Shown here: one piece after another, positions 28,731-38,140 of the stretch
Position numbering within the stretch: the stretch's first letter is position 1
How the letters are laid out: every line of letters starts with the position of its first letter
From: Candidatus Poribacteria bacterium
GTDB taxonomy: Bacteria; Poribacteria; WGA-4E; WGA-3G
Direction of reading: 5' to 3'
Length of the DNA stretch: 64,000 nucleotides
Assembly: GCA_965242965.1 (NCBI GenBank)
Contig: OZ251518.1
Location: 4,480,001 to 4,544,000 of the forward strand
Program-made: the position numbers and the translations under genes
The notes under the pieces: generated by a model
Told to the model about the DNA's origin: nothing
Databases searched by the model: none
Seen by the model: only the letters and a program-made list of their open reading frames with translations

Positions 28731-29684
28731 CTACTGGGGGAGAGGGCCTTCGATTGCGTCAACGAGATGGATTGAGTGAATCACGTCGCGGAGGTCTGTG
28801 AGTGGCACTTTCTTGTTGCGCACGCAGTCGACAAAATGGCGATGCATCGTCAGCACGCCTTCGTAACTCGCCGTGTCACGCGAGTCAACGCCATCCACTT
28901 CCCAACCGCCCATGACGCTTCGGTTGTTGTCCTCGTAAATCTCAATTTCCTCAGGGATTTTCATATAGCAACCGATGCCGACTCCGTGCAATTCGGAGCG
29001 TAGCACGCGCCCACCCGATGCACGATTTCCGAAAAGCACGCCGGTGACGTTGTTATCAAATCGGACAAAGGCGGTGTAGAAGTTCCGCTGTTCTGCATCG
29101 AACGTATCGCGATGCGCAGTGACCTCCACCGGTTCGCCGCCTGCCATGTAGCGTAGCAGATCGACGACGTGGCAGACATCGTTCCAGAGGGTTGTCGTGA
29201 ATTCGCGATTCTGCCCCAGAATCTGCTTGTTGAACGTCGTCACCGCAAGCGAGACGGGGCCCTTTTCAGCGACGCGCCGCATCGCCTCGCGCGTCACGGC
29301 GGCATATCGCCGCTGAAACCCCACCATGCAGTAGACATCGTTGGCAATGGCGGCTTCCAGCAGTTGTTGGGTTTCGTCGCTTGTCGCGCCCGGCGGTTTT
29401 TCGATAAACAGATGCTTCCCGGCATTAAGGCAATCCAGCGCGGGTTGCAAAATCCACTTCTCGTTCATAACGCAGTAAACGATGTCCAATTCTTGCGTAT
29501 CCAACATCTTCCGGTGATCGGTGAACGTATGGGGGAATTCGTATTTTTGCGCGACTTGTGCCAATTTTGCTTCATCAAGTTCACACGCCGCGAGCATCGC
29601 AACGTCGTCTTCAAGTCGGTTGACACTCGGATAATGCGCGCCTTGGCTGCGTCCGCCTGCACCGATAAATCCTGCTTTCAACAT
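28731..29684 (-). CDS. Gfo/Idh/MocA family oxidoreductase
   Basis: IGAGGR, FIEKPPG, GFQRRY. Confidence 0.9.
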   Translation of the reverse strand: MLKAGFIGAGGRSQGAHYPSVNRLEDDVAMLAACELDEAKLAQVAQKYEFPHTFTDHRKMLDTQELDIVYCVMNEKWILQPALDCLNAGKHLFIEKPPGATSDETQQLLEAAIANDVYCMVGFQRRYAAVTREAMRRVAEKGPVSLAVTTFNKQILGQNREFTTTLWNDVCHVVDLLRYMAGGEPVEVTAHRDTFDAEQRNFYTAFVRFDNNVTGVLFGNRASGGRVLRSELHGVGIGCYMKIPEEIEIYEDNNRSVMGGWEVDGVDSRDTASYEGVLTMHRHFVDCVRNKKVPLTDLRDVIHSIHLVDAIEGPLPQ

Positions 29685-30082
29685 GGGGAAACTCCTTCGC
29701 AATCTCAACTATGATTTCATTTTACCATATTGCCGAAAATATTTTCAAGCGATTTTTTCAGGGTGTTTCATAACTCCGTTTCGGTAGTTATCCCTATTGG
29801 GAACGAATATCGAGCAAGCGATGTCCCCGTAGGAGAGACCTCCTGGTCTCGATTTTTCGTATCGGGACAGGGATGTCCCTCCTACCGGGAAAACATCAAG
29901 ACTCCCGCTGTCGTTTGCAAGCACCTGAGCACAACCCGTTCAGGAGCAGGTGCTCCTGAACTACAGGCGGCGCGCACCCGAGCCCTGTAGTTCGGGTGCG
30001 CCTGCACCCGATCGGGTCAAGAGAAGACACGCCTGCCCGAGAGAATAAGTCTAGTAGTTTGCAAGTGCTTGTTAAAAAAAAC

Positions 30083-30111
30083 TTGACAAACTTCGTTTTT
30101 TGTAATAGACT
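30083..30111 (+). promoter_or_regulatory. Sigma70 promoter
   Basis: TTGACA-17 bp-TAGACT. Confidence 0.6.
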
Positions 30112-30157
30112 GCATTGTAGAATCTGCACCCCGGTCTGTTTTTCATGGAGAAATTCT

Positions 30158-31822
30158 ATGACGACTCTACAAAAGAGCCTCATCGGCACCATCTTCCTCG
30201 GCATCTGTTTGGGATTGATGTGGCGCGCGGGACAAGGGATAGGGGACGCTAACCTCGTCTGGTATAGCGTAGTCCCGCCGTTGCTCGCTGTCACACTCGC
30301 TATTCTGACAACGCGCCTGATTTTAAGTTTGGGCATCGCTGTCGGGCTCGGGCTGGTGCTTGCTTGGATAAGACAAGACCGGACACCCTCTGGTTTCCTC
30401 GCGGAAGTAGTCTGGTTCGCTCGCGAGGTTAGCATCAAAAACGGCGATGCAATCGATCTCTTCAATATCTGGGTAATCCTGTTCGTTTTCCTGATTATGG
30501 CGACAATTTCTGTGGTGGTAGCATCGGGTGGCATTGCAGGCGTTGTGACGTGGCTGGCACGGTTTGCCAAGGGCCCGCGCTCAACGCAGGTGATTACCGC
30601 CGTTATGGGAATTGTCATTTTTATCGGTGACTATTCCAACGCCATGCTCGTCGGGCCGACGATGCGTCCCTTGACGGACCATCATCGGGTGAGTCGTGAA
30701 AAGTTGGCATACATCGTTGATTCGACGAGCGCGCCGATTGCGGGGCTCGCGTTTGTCAGCACATGGATAGGCTATGAAATCGGGCTTTTTAACGATGTCG
30801 CGAAATCGATCGGGATTGAACGCGATGGGTATTCGATGTTTTTTGATGCGCTCGGGTTTCGGTTTTACTGCATCCTGACGCTCATCTTTGTCATCGTCAA
30901 CGCAATCAGTGGGAGAGACTATGGGCCCATGCGGAAAGCAGAAACGCGGGCACGCGAGACAGGCGCAGTCGCTGAACCGAATGCCCAATTCCTGAAAGAC
31001 ACCTCATCGTCCAAACCCGCGTCACGTGCTGTCACACAGCCTTTTTCAGCGGTTTTGCCGCTGCTAACCCTTTTTACTCTGTTACTCGGTGGTTTCTGGA
31101 TAGATGGCGCGGGGACAGGTTCGCTCCTCTCCCTCACGGCGTGGCGCGACGCGCTATCAAATGCAGATAACGTCAAAGTCCTCGCCGTTGCCGCCGCCAG
31201 CGGGTTCTTCGTCGCGCTTGTCTGCGCAGTCGGGCTATCCAAAATGCGATTTTCGGATATAGGCACCGCCGTATGGACAGGCGTGAAGTCTAGCCTCACG
31301 CCGTTGAGTATCCTGCTGTTGGCCTGGGGATTAAAAGCGAGTTGCGACAGACTCATGACTGGTGATTTTCTCGCGGCGATGCTGCAGGATGTTGTCTCGC
31401 CGCTCTGGTTTCCTATCCTCGTCTTTGCGTGCGCCTCCGTGTGTTCCTTTGCTACCGGCACCAGCTGGGGCACTATGGCGATTCTCATCCCCACCGCGAT
31501 TCCCGTGGCATTCGCGCTTGACGGAGATGTCTACGGCTTGACTACCGTTATCTGTTTAGGTGCAGTGCTTGACGGGGCAATCTTCGGAGACCACTGCTCA
31601 CCGCTCTCGGATACGACAATCCTGAGTTCTATCGCGAGCAACTGCGCGCCGATACACCATGTCCGAACGCAACTGCCTTACGCGCTCACCGTTGCAGGTA
31701 TCGCCTTCGTATGTGGATACCTACCGGCGGCGTTGAACGTTTCTTCCGCTATCAGCATTGCAACTGGCACGGGGGTTATTGTGTTACTGTTTTATGGGTT
31801 GTCGCGGCTGCGTTCGTCTTAA
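30158..31822 (+). CDS. Na+/H+ antiporter NhaC family transporter (paralog 1)
   Basis: SVVPPLLA, VSREKLAYIVDSTSAP, FATGTSWGTM, GDHCSPLSDTT, HVRTQLPY. Confidence 0.9.
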   Translation: MTTLQKSLIGTIFLGICLGLMWRAGQGIGDANLVWYSVVPPLLAVTLAILTTRLILSLGIAVGLGLVLAWIRQDRTPSGFLAEVVWFAREVSIKNGDAIDLFNIWVILFVFLIMATISVVVASGGIAGVVTWLARFAKGPRSTQVITAVMGIVIFIGDYSNAMLVGPTMRPLTDHHRVSREKLAYIVDSTSAPIAGLAFVSTWIGYEIGLFNDVAKSIGIERDGYSMFFDALGFRFYCILTLIFVIVNAISGRDYGPMRKAETRARETGAVAEPNAQFLKDTSSSKPASRAVTQPFSAVLPLLTLFTLLLGGFWIDGAGTGSLLSLTAWRDALSNADNVKVLAVAAASGFFVALVCAVGLSKMRFSDIGTAVWTGVKSSLTPLSILLLAWGLKASCDRLMTGDFLAAMLQDVVSPLWFPILVFACASVCSFATGTSWGTMAILIPTAIPVAFALDGDVYGLTTVICLGAVLDGAIFGDHCSPLSDTTILSSIASNCAPIHHVRTQLPYALTVAGIAFVCGYLPAALNVSSAISIATGTGVIVLLFYGLSRLRSS

Positions 31823-31854
31823 TATTTGATATGAGGGAAGTGTCGGTAGGTGCT

Positions 31855-32131
31855 CTGTAGTTTGTGATCGCCTGATCACAAACGGGGCAAGATCAGGCGA
31901 TCTTGCCCTACAGAGTCTGGCGCGCGGACGCTGGCGAGGGACAGGCCCTCGCCCTACGGTGAAGTGCCGTTTTTTCCGTAGCGCGGGGGCCTGTCCCCCG
32001 CGATCGTTGGATTGCGCGAACGATATCGAGACCAGGAGGTCTCTCCTACCCGAAGGCAATCGAGACCAGGAGGTCTCTCCTACGGGGATGCATCGAAACC
32101 ATTTTGAAAACAACGAGTTAAGAAACACCCT
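31855..32131. repeat. REP cluster ending in a TIR-like end
   Basis: Dimer at 31855-31913, A/B/C REPs, aagaaacaccctc. Confidence 0.85.
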
Positions 32132-32155
32132 CATTTGATATAACGGAAAGGAATT

Positions 32156-33928
32156 ATGAGTTCTCGACTGAAAATCTTTATCAGTGCCTTCGTCTTTATC
32201 AGCATCACGATTGCCTGCATCATCGGCGCACAGCAAGTTGATGAGGCAGAAGGACTCGTGTGGTATAGCGTCATCCCGCCGCTGCTCGCCGTCACATTAG
32301 CCATCCTCACGGCACGATTTTTCTTGAGTCTCAGCGTCGCTGTCGGCGCGAGCATCGTGCTGAGTTGGGTGAAGCATTATCTGATGGCAGACGCGCCCAC
32401 TGCCTCGCTGATTTCCAATCTTTTCGGCGAAGCCGTCTGGTTTGTCGGGAAGGTGGCACTGGACATGGAAAACATCTGGATGGCGATTTTTGTCTTCCTG
32501 ATTTTGTCAATGATTTCGGTGGTGGTATCGTCCGGCGGCATGGGCGGCATTGTCATGTGGCTCTCTCGGTTCGCGACGGGGGCGCGTTCTACGCAAGTCG
32601 TCACCGCTTTGATAGGCGTGTTTGTCTTTATCGGCGATTATACAAGCGCGATGTTGACGGGACCGAGTATGCGTCCGATGACAGATAGGTTTCGCGTCAG
32701 CCGTGAAAAGTTGGCATACATCGTCGATTCTACGAGCGCGCCGATTACCGGGCTCGCCTTTGTCAGCACGTGGATAGGCGTAGAGGTAGGACTCTTCAGC
32801 GATATTTCCACCGAACTACAACTCGGACGCGATGGGTATTCCATGTTTTTTGATGCGCTCGGGTTTCGGTTTTACTGCATCCTGACGATTATCTTCGTCA
32901 TCATCAACGCAATCAGCGGCCGCGATTACGGTGCGATGCGCAAGGCATCAAACCGCGCGCGGGAGACAGGCGCGGTTGCCGCACCGAATGCCAAAATGCT
33001 CGGCGATCCTTCTTCTTTCACGAGCACGTCAAACGTCCACATGCAACCATTGTCCGCAATCTTACCACTCCTCACCTTGTTCACGATACTCTTGAGTGGG
33101 CTTTGGCTCACCGCCGTTTGGACGAGAGGTGAAGGAACAGGATTCATTTTTTCTCCTGCCGCGTGGCAAGCCGTGCTGGCGAACGTCAAAGCAGAGGGGA
33201 GAGAGCTCGGATTTATCCTCTCGCTTTCCGCATGGAGAAACGTGCTGACGACGCTGCAGACGGTGCAGATTCTACGGATGCTCGCCTGCGCAGCGTGCGG
33301 CTCACTCATCGTCGCAATTCTCTGCGCGCGCGGGTTATCAAAGCTACAATCTCTGGACATCCGCACCGCCGTTTTGGCGGGCCTCAAAGGGAGTCTTGTC
33401 CCCTTGGGAATTCTCGTCTTCGTCTGGGGTCTGAAAACCGGATGCAAGCGGTTGGAAACGGGACAATTCCTCGCGCTTATTCTTGAAGGGAAGGTGCCGG
33501 CATTGGTATTCCCAATGCTCGTTTTTGCAACAGGGGCTGCATGCTCTTTTGCTACCGGTTCCAGTTGGAGCACAATGGCGATTCTCATCCCCACCGCGAT
33601 TCCCGTGGCGTATGCGATGGATGGCAACACCTATGGGTTGACGACGCTGATATGTCTCGGTGCGACACTAGACGGTTCTATCTTCGGAGACCACTGCTCG
33701 CCGATTTCCGATACGACGGTTTTCAGCGCGATTGCCAGCAGCTGCGATCCGCTACACCACGTCCGAACGCAATTGCCTTATGCGATTACGGTTGCGTTCA
33801 TTGCGTTAGTGTGCGGCTATTTTCTCGCCGCGCTAGGCTTTTTCTCGCCGCTCTGCATTCTCATCGGCACAGGCGTGATTGCGCTGCTCTTTTTCGGTTT
33901 ATGTCGCCTGCGCGATGCGGCGGCATGA
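32156..33928 (+). CDS. Na+/H+ antiporter NhaC family transporter (paralog 2)
   Basis: Same motifs as the upstream paralog. Confidence 0.9.
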   Translation: MSSRLKIFISAFVFISITIACIIGAQQVDEAEGLVWYSVIPPLLAVTLAILTARFFLSLSVAVGASIVLSWVKHYLMADAPTASLISNLFGEAVWFVGKVALDMENIWMAIFVFLILSMISVVVSSGGMGGIVMWLSRFATGARSTQVVTALIGVFVFIGDYTSAMLTGPSMRPMTDRFRVSREKLAYIVDSTSAPITGLAFVSTWIGVEVGLFSDISTELQLGRDGYSMFFDALGFRFYCILTIIFVIINAISGRDYGAMRKASNRARETGAVAAPNAKMLGDPSSFTSTSNVHMQPLSAILPLLTLFTILLSGLWLTAVWTRGEGTGFIFSPAAWQAVLANVKAEGRELGFILSLSAWRNVLTTLQTVQILRMLACAACGSLIVAILCARGLSKLQSLDIRTAVLAGLKGSLVPLGILVFVWGLKTGCKRLETGQFLALILEGKVPALVFPMLVFATGAACSFATGSSWSTMAILIPTAIPVAYAMDGNTYGLTTLICLGATLDGSIFGDHCSPISDTTVFSAIASSCDPLHHVRTQLPYAITVAFIALVCGYFLAALGFFSPLCILIGTGVIALLFFGLCRLRDAAA

Positions 33929-33947
33929 GTCGTGCAGCCGTTTTCGC

Positions 33948-34847
33948 CTATGAATTCCTATCGGGAAACCGTAGGAACCGCTTCGCAGTGCCGCCCATGA
34001 TGTCGGCTAACTCCGATGCCGCGAGATTCGGCAGCAACTTTTCGATGACGGTAGTGAGCGCGCCGTATCCCGGGTCTTCCAAAATCCACGGAAAATCGGT
34101 TGCCCACATCAGCCGCCTCGCACCGAAGTCCTTCAGCAGGCTTCGGTGCCACCCTGCTAAGTCTTGATAGGGAAAATCGGCGTTGCTAAACGCATATTGC
34201 CCGGAGAGATGCACGGTGACGTTCTCGAATCGCGCCAACCGATAGGTGGTGTGCATCGCGAGGTTGTAGCCGGTTACCTGAATGCGCGGCCGTCCCTTCT
34301 CATCCCAACTGAATTTGCCTTTCCCGGGAGTCATGCCGAGGTGGTTAAGGACAACCCGCACCTGCGGAAATTCTTGAATCAGATAGGGCAGCAGGTGGGC
34401 ATCGATGGCACGCGGATAGAGCCACAACACGTAATCCCGCTCCGCGGCGCACTGCCAGATGGGATACGTTTTAAACTCGCGCACATTCATTTTCGCAAAA
34501 ATATCCCGCGGCCCGCCTAGTTCAGAGAGCCGAAACCCGATGATGCCGGGATGGCTCGCTAATTCTGTCATAAACGCTGCAGGCGAAGGATGTGCCGGTG
34601 GGATAAGCCCGATGCCTAAAAACCGCTCCGGGTAAGCGCGCAAGCAGTGCAGCAGATACCGATGCTGTGCTAGACTCGTTCCGCCTATCTGAACGAGCAC
34701 CGCCTGCGAGATCTGGTGTTGTTCCATTTCCGCCAGTAGTTTTTCGACCGGTTCCTCGCGTTCAGCGGGACAAACCGGTGTGGTTTCGCGCGGAAATTCG
34801 GGGGTGACTTTTGTAAATACGTGCAGATGCGCATCAATTCGAGTCAT
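33948..34847 (-). CDS. Amidohydrolase family protein (Amidohydro_2)
   Basis: IDAHLH, VVLNHLG, RLMWATDFP. Confidence 0.88.
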   Translation of the reverse strand: MTRIDAHLHVFTKVTPEFPRETTPVCPAEREEPVEKLLAEMEQHQISQAVLVQIGGTSLAQHRYLLHCLRAYPERFLGIGLIPPAHPSPAAFMTELASHPGIIGFRLSELGGPRDIFAKMNVREFKTYPIWQCAAERDYVLWLYPRAIDAHLLPYLIQEFPQVRVVLNHLGMTPGKGKFSWDEKGRPRIQVTGYNLAMHTTYRLARFENVTVHLSGQYAFSNADFPYQDLAGWHRSLLKDFGARRLMWATDFPWILEDPGYGALTTVIEKLLPNLAASELADIMGGTAKRFLRFPDRNS

Positions 34848-34888
34848 TTTAGTTGATTCCTCTTATTACGAAAAAAAACGGCACGTCA

Positions 34889-35446
34889 TCGTAGGCTTGG
34901 GCCCTCGCATGCCACACGCGCAGGCGAGCGGGTTTCCCTCGCCATCGTTTTGCTGTCAGACTGCCTCACCTCTGTAGTTCAGGATCGCCTAATCCTGAAC
35001 TGTTTGTGATCTGGCGATCACAAACTACAGAGAGGGCGCGCGAAAAAAAACGGCACGTCATCGTAGGGCTTGGGCCCTCGGATGCCACACGCGCATCCGA
35101 GCGGGTTTCCCTCGCCATGCACGCGCACTCCAACGTTCGCGGGGGACAGGCCCCCGCGCTACGGGAAAAAAACGGCACGTCATCGTAGGGCTTGGGCCCT
35201 CGGATGCCACACGCGCATCCGAGCGGGTTTCCCTCGCCATGCACGCGCACTCCAACGCTCGCGGGGGACAGGCCCCCGCGCTACGATGAAAAAAACGCCA
35301 CCCCTGCACCGTAGGGCGAGAGCCTGTCCCTCGCCATGCTCCGGTCTGTCAAACGCTCGCGGGGGACAGGCCCCCGCGCTACGGGAACATCGAGACTAGA
35401 GGTCTCTCCTACCGGGAAGAATTCGAGACCAGGAGGTCTCTCCTAC
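34889..35446. repeat. REP cluster with branched REP variants in tandem
   Basis: gtagggcttgggccctcggatgccacacgcgcatccgagcgggtttccctcgcc x2-3. Confidence 0.9.
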
Positions 35447-36156
35447 TGCAAACTGAACAACTGCCGTCGTGCAAGGGTGGTGCAATGCGCCGAGATAGCC
35501 GCGAACTGGTTTGGGCCGATGCGGCCCGGTGTGCGTTTCTCATAAATCAGGATAATCGATTTCCGCGGCACATCCGAATGGTTGTCCATAGACACATGCC
35601 ATCCGTAAGAGTTGAACATAATCGCCGTGCCGGCTTTACCGGGGAAAGTTTTGTGTCCCGGCATACTCTCTTGCCGCTGCGGGCGCGTATAAGGACCGGC
35701 GTTCGGCTTATGACTGCCAGGCACATAAGCAAATTCACCGCATCCCGATGGGACATCATTGACGTAGATTTGCACCTTAATATGCAGCGGGTTGCTCTGA
35801 GCAACATCCGGGTGCCATCCCGTGTAACTCACGGGCCACGGGGCCACCGTCCGGACTTGGGGTGCAAGCAGAATCAGTTCATCGTCTGTGAACTCCATCA
35901 ACGCGCCGTAATAGCTGGGATAGTCGACGATGTCAATGAAAACCGGGTCCTTCTCAAAAGGGTTTGGGATGTCGTAAAAGGTAGCGGCGGCTTCGCCAGC
36001 CTCAACCCTATCCAACCATTCCGCCTTGCCGGCATCAGCCCAGTAATCAAAGGCGGTTTGGAGTCGTTTCAAATCTTCGCCTTGAATTGCGTTTTCAAAG
36101 ACGAGGTATCCTTCGTTTTCCCATCGCGCTTTTTGCGCCGCATCCGGTCGAATCAT
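35443..36156 (-). CDS. PhyH family dioxygenase
   Basis: GWHPD, YVPGSH, WHVSMDN. Confidence 0.88.
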   Translation of the reverse strand: MIRPDAAQKARWENEGYLVFENAIQGEDLKRLQTAFDYWADAGKAEWLDRVEAGEAAATFYDIPNPFEKDPVFIDIVDYPSYYGALMEFTDDELILLAPQVRTVAPWPVSYTGWHPDVAQSNPLHIKVQIYVNDVPSGCGEFAYVPGSHKPNAGPYTRPQRQESMPGHKTFPGKAGTAIMFNSYGWHVSMDNHSDVPRKSIILIYEKRTPGRIGPNQFAAISAHCTTLARRQLFSLQ

Positions 36157-36166
36157 GATGTGCCTC

Positions 36167-37210
36167 CTATTTTATTTTACCTCTGCCTGCAATTCGCCAG
36201 AACGTCTCAACGTTGTCACCACGCACCCCGGCGAGTTCCTCGTGGAGGTTGCTCGTCATACCTTGGTGTAGCGGAATAACGGATAGCCGTTCGCCGACCT
36301 GAAACCGATGCGAACATCCGCTGACATCGATGTGTCCATGCTCAACCGACATGCCATAAATCTTCGCATGGGGATGCTCAATGATATGGCCGTAAGGGTT
36401 CGGCGGGTAACTGGTAAACGTCTTTTGTCCACCATCAACGATAATCCTATCGGGTGTCGGCGTGCTGACGACGGTGACGATGACGCGAAGCGCGCACCGC
36501 TGCGGATGCAACATCTCCGAATTGCCGATGCGTGTCATGCCTTCGTAGACATAGGAGCCGCTGCGCGTCTCGGTGCAGCCGAGTTCTTTAGAGGCTTTCT
36601 CCGCGCCTGTGCCGCCGCCGCTGATAACGTTGATAGGGATGCCATCGCGCGTCAGGAGGGAGACTGTCTCGTCAAGGAACGGTTTCGCGCGCGGACTGCT
36701 CGGGTAAGTCATCACCCCTTGAAAATCAATTCCCGGCATTGCGACAACCTTCCGCGCGAGAGACTGCGCCTTTTGCGGCGAATCGACACCGCAACGTCCA
36801 CCGCCGGTATCCAATTCAATCAGCACCGGCACGACGCATCTGTCTGCGGCTGCTTGCTGAGAGATACCCGTCGCTGTCTCTTCGGAATCGAGTGCCACCG
36901 TAATGCGAGCGCGCCTCAGCAAGAATGTCAAGCGTTTTAGTTTCTGCATTCCGATGATATTGTAGGGAATAAGGATGTCGTCAATATCTGCCGCCACCAT
37001 CGCCTCTGCCTCGCCGAGTTTTTGGCAGGTAATCCCTTGTGAGCCCGCTGCGATTTGCATGCGCGCGATATCGGGCACCTTATGCGTTTTGGAATGCACG
37101 CGGAGTGGAATGCCGAGTTGTTTGCAATGCGCCGCCATCTCGTTGATATTACGTTCCAGCACGTCCAAATCGACGACGAGTGCCGGGGTATCCAAGTCTG
37201 TGATGTGCAT
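36167..37210 (-). CDS. D-threonine aldolase/DSD1-like PLP-dependent enzyme (alanine racemase fold)
   Basis: LDTPALVVD, RVHSKTHK, CQKLGEAE, SGGGT, SVEHG. Confidence 0.88.
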   Translation of the reverse strand: MHITDLDTPALVVDLDVLERNINEMAAHCKQLGIPLRVHSKTHKVPDIARMQIAAGSQGITCQKLGEAEAMVAADIDDILIPYNIIGMQKLKRLTFLLRRARITVALDSEETATGISQQAAADRCVVPVLIELDTGGGRCGVDSPQKAQSLARKVVAMPGIDFQGVMTYPSSPRAKPFLDETVSLLTRDGIPINVISGGGTGAEKASKELGCTETRSGSYVYEGMTRIGNSEMLHPQRCALRVIVTVVSTPTPDRIIVDGGQKTFTSYPPNPYGHIIEHPHAKIYGMSVEHGHIDVSGCSHRFQVGERLSVIPLHQGMTSNLHEELAGVRGDNVETFWRIAGRGKIK

Positions 37211-37240
37211 CTCTTTTCTCCCCAGAGGATGTTTAGGGTT

Positions 37241-37269
37241 AGTTTAGCATTGGATGGGATTTTTGTCAA
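37241..37269 (-). promoter_or_regulatory. Sigma70 promoter
   Basis: TTGACA-17 bp-TAAACT with extended TG. Confidence 0.65.
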
Positions 37270-37276
37270 TTTTATT

Positions 37277-38066
37277 GAGCAGGATTTCCAGGATTGAGCA
37301 GGATTTACAAGATTATACGAGCAGGATTTACAAGATTATACGAGCAGGATTTACAAGATTTGGCAAGATTATTTTTTCTTGTAAATCTTGTGTAATCGTG
37401 ATAATTCTGCTCATGATGTGGCGAGGGTGTTTCATATCTCGGTGGCTTCCCTGTAGGAGAGACCTCCCGGTCTCGATGCACGCGATGTCTTCCCTGTAGG
37501 AGAGACCTCCTGGTCTCGATGTGCCCGTAGCGCGGGGGACAGGCCCCCGCGAGCTCCATCGTCAAGGGGTGGCGTTTTAGGTCCTTTAGGTCCTACATGT
37601 CTATAGAAACACGTGTCGTGCCGTTTTCAAGGTCCTTTAGGTCCTTAATAAAAAACGCGCCGCATGTCAAAACCTATTAAGGACCTAAAGGACCTTCGCG
37701 TTCTTCGCGTTCGCGCGTGCTATAGACATTAAGGTCCTACGGACCTAAGAACCGTTTTTTCATCGTAGGGCGGGGCCCTCGGATGCCATCCGCGCATCCG
37801 AGCGGGTTTCCCCCGCGAGCGTTGGAGTGCGCGGACGATGGCGAGGGACAGGCCCTCGCCCTACGATGAACGGGGGTTTTCTGCCGCCGCGGCACAAGGC
37901 GGTGCGCCGCCCTATTGCATCGAGACCAGGAGGTCTCTCCTACCCGGAAAATATCAAGATATGAAACACCCTCCATCATCTTGTAAATCTGGTATAATCT
38001 TGCAAATCCTGCTCATATTCTGGTATAATCTTGCAAATCCTGCTCATATTCTGCTCAAATCCTGCT
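37277..38066. mobile_element. Nested composite repeat: GAGCAGGATTTACAAGATT arrays > TIR shell > REPs > AGGTCC element
   Basis: Outer inverted arrays 37277-37370 and 37980-38066; TIRs at 37423 and ending 37973; core 37577-37749. Confidence 0.75.
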
Positions 38067-38084
38067 CAAAGAACGTAAATCGCC

Positions 38085-38114
38085 TTGACAATAATAGTGC
38101 AATCACGTTATAAT
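38085..38114 (+). promoter_or_regulatory. Sigma70 promoter
   Basis: TTGACA-18 bp-TATAAT. Confidence 0.7.
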
Positions 38115-38140
38115 GTTTTTTGAAAGGAATCATAACAACA

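Noticed and set aside
29996-30157. Extended N-termini in the ORF track (also 3770, 8446, 15948, 52809)
   Set aside because: Promoter, RBS position and domain boundaries support downstream starts; the extensions run through repeats or UTRs.
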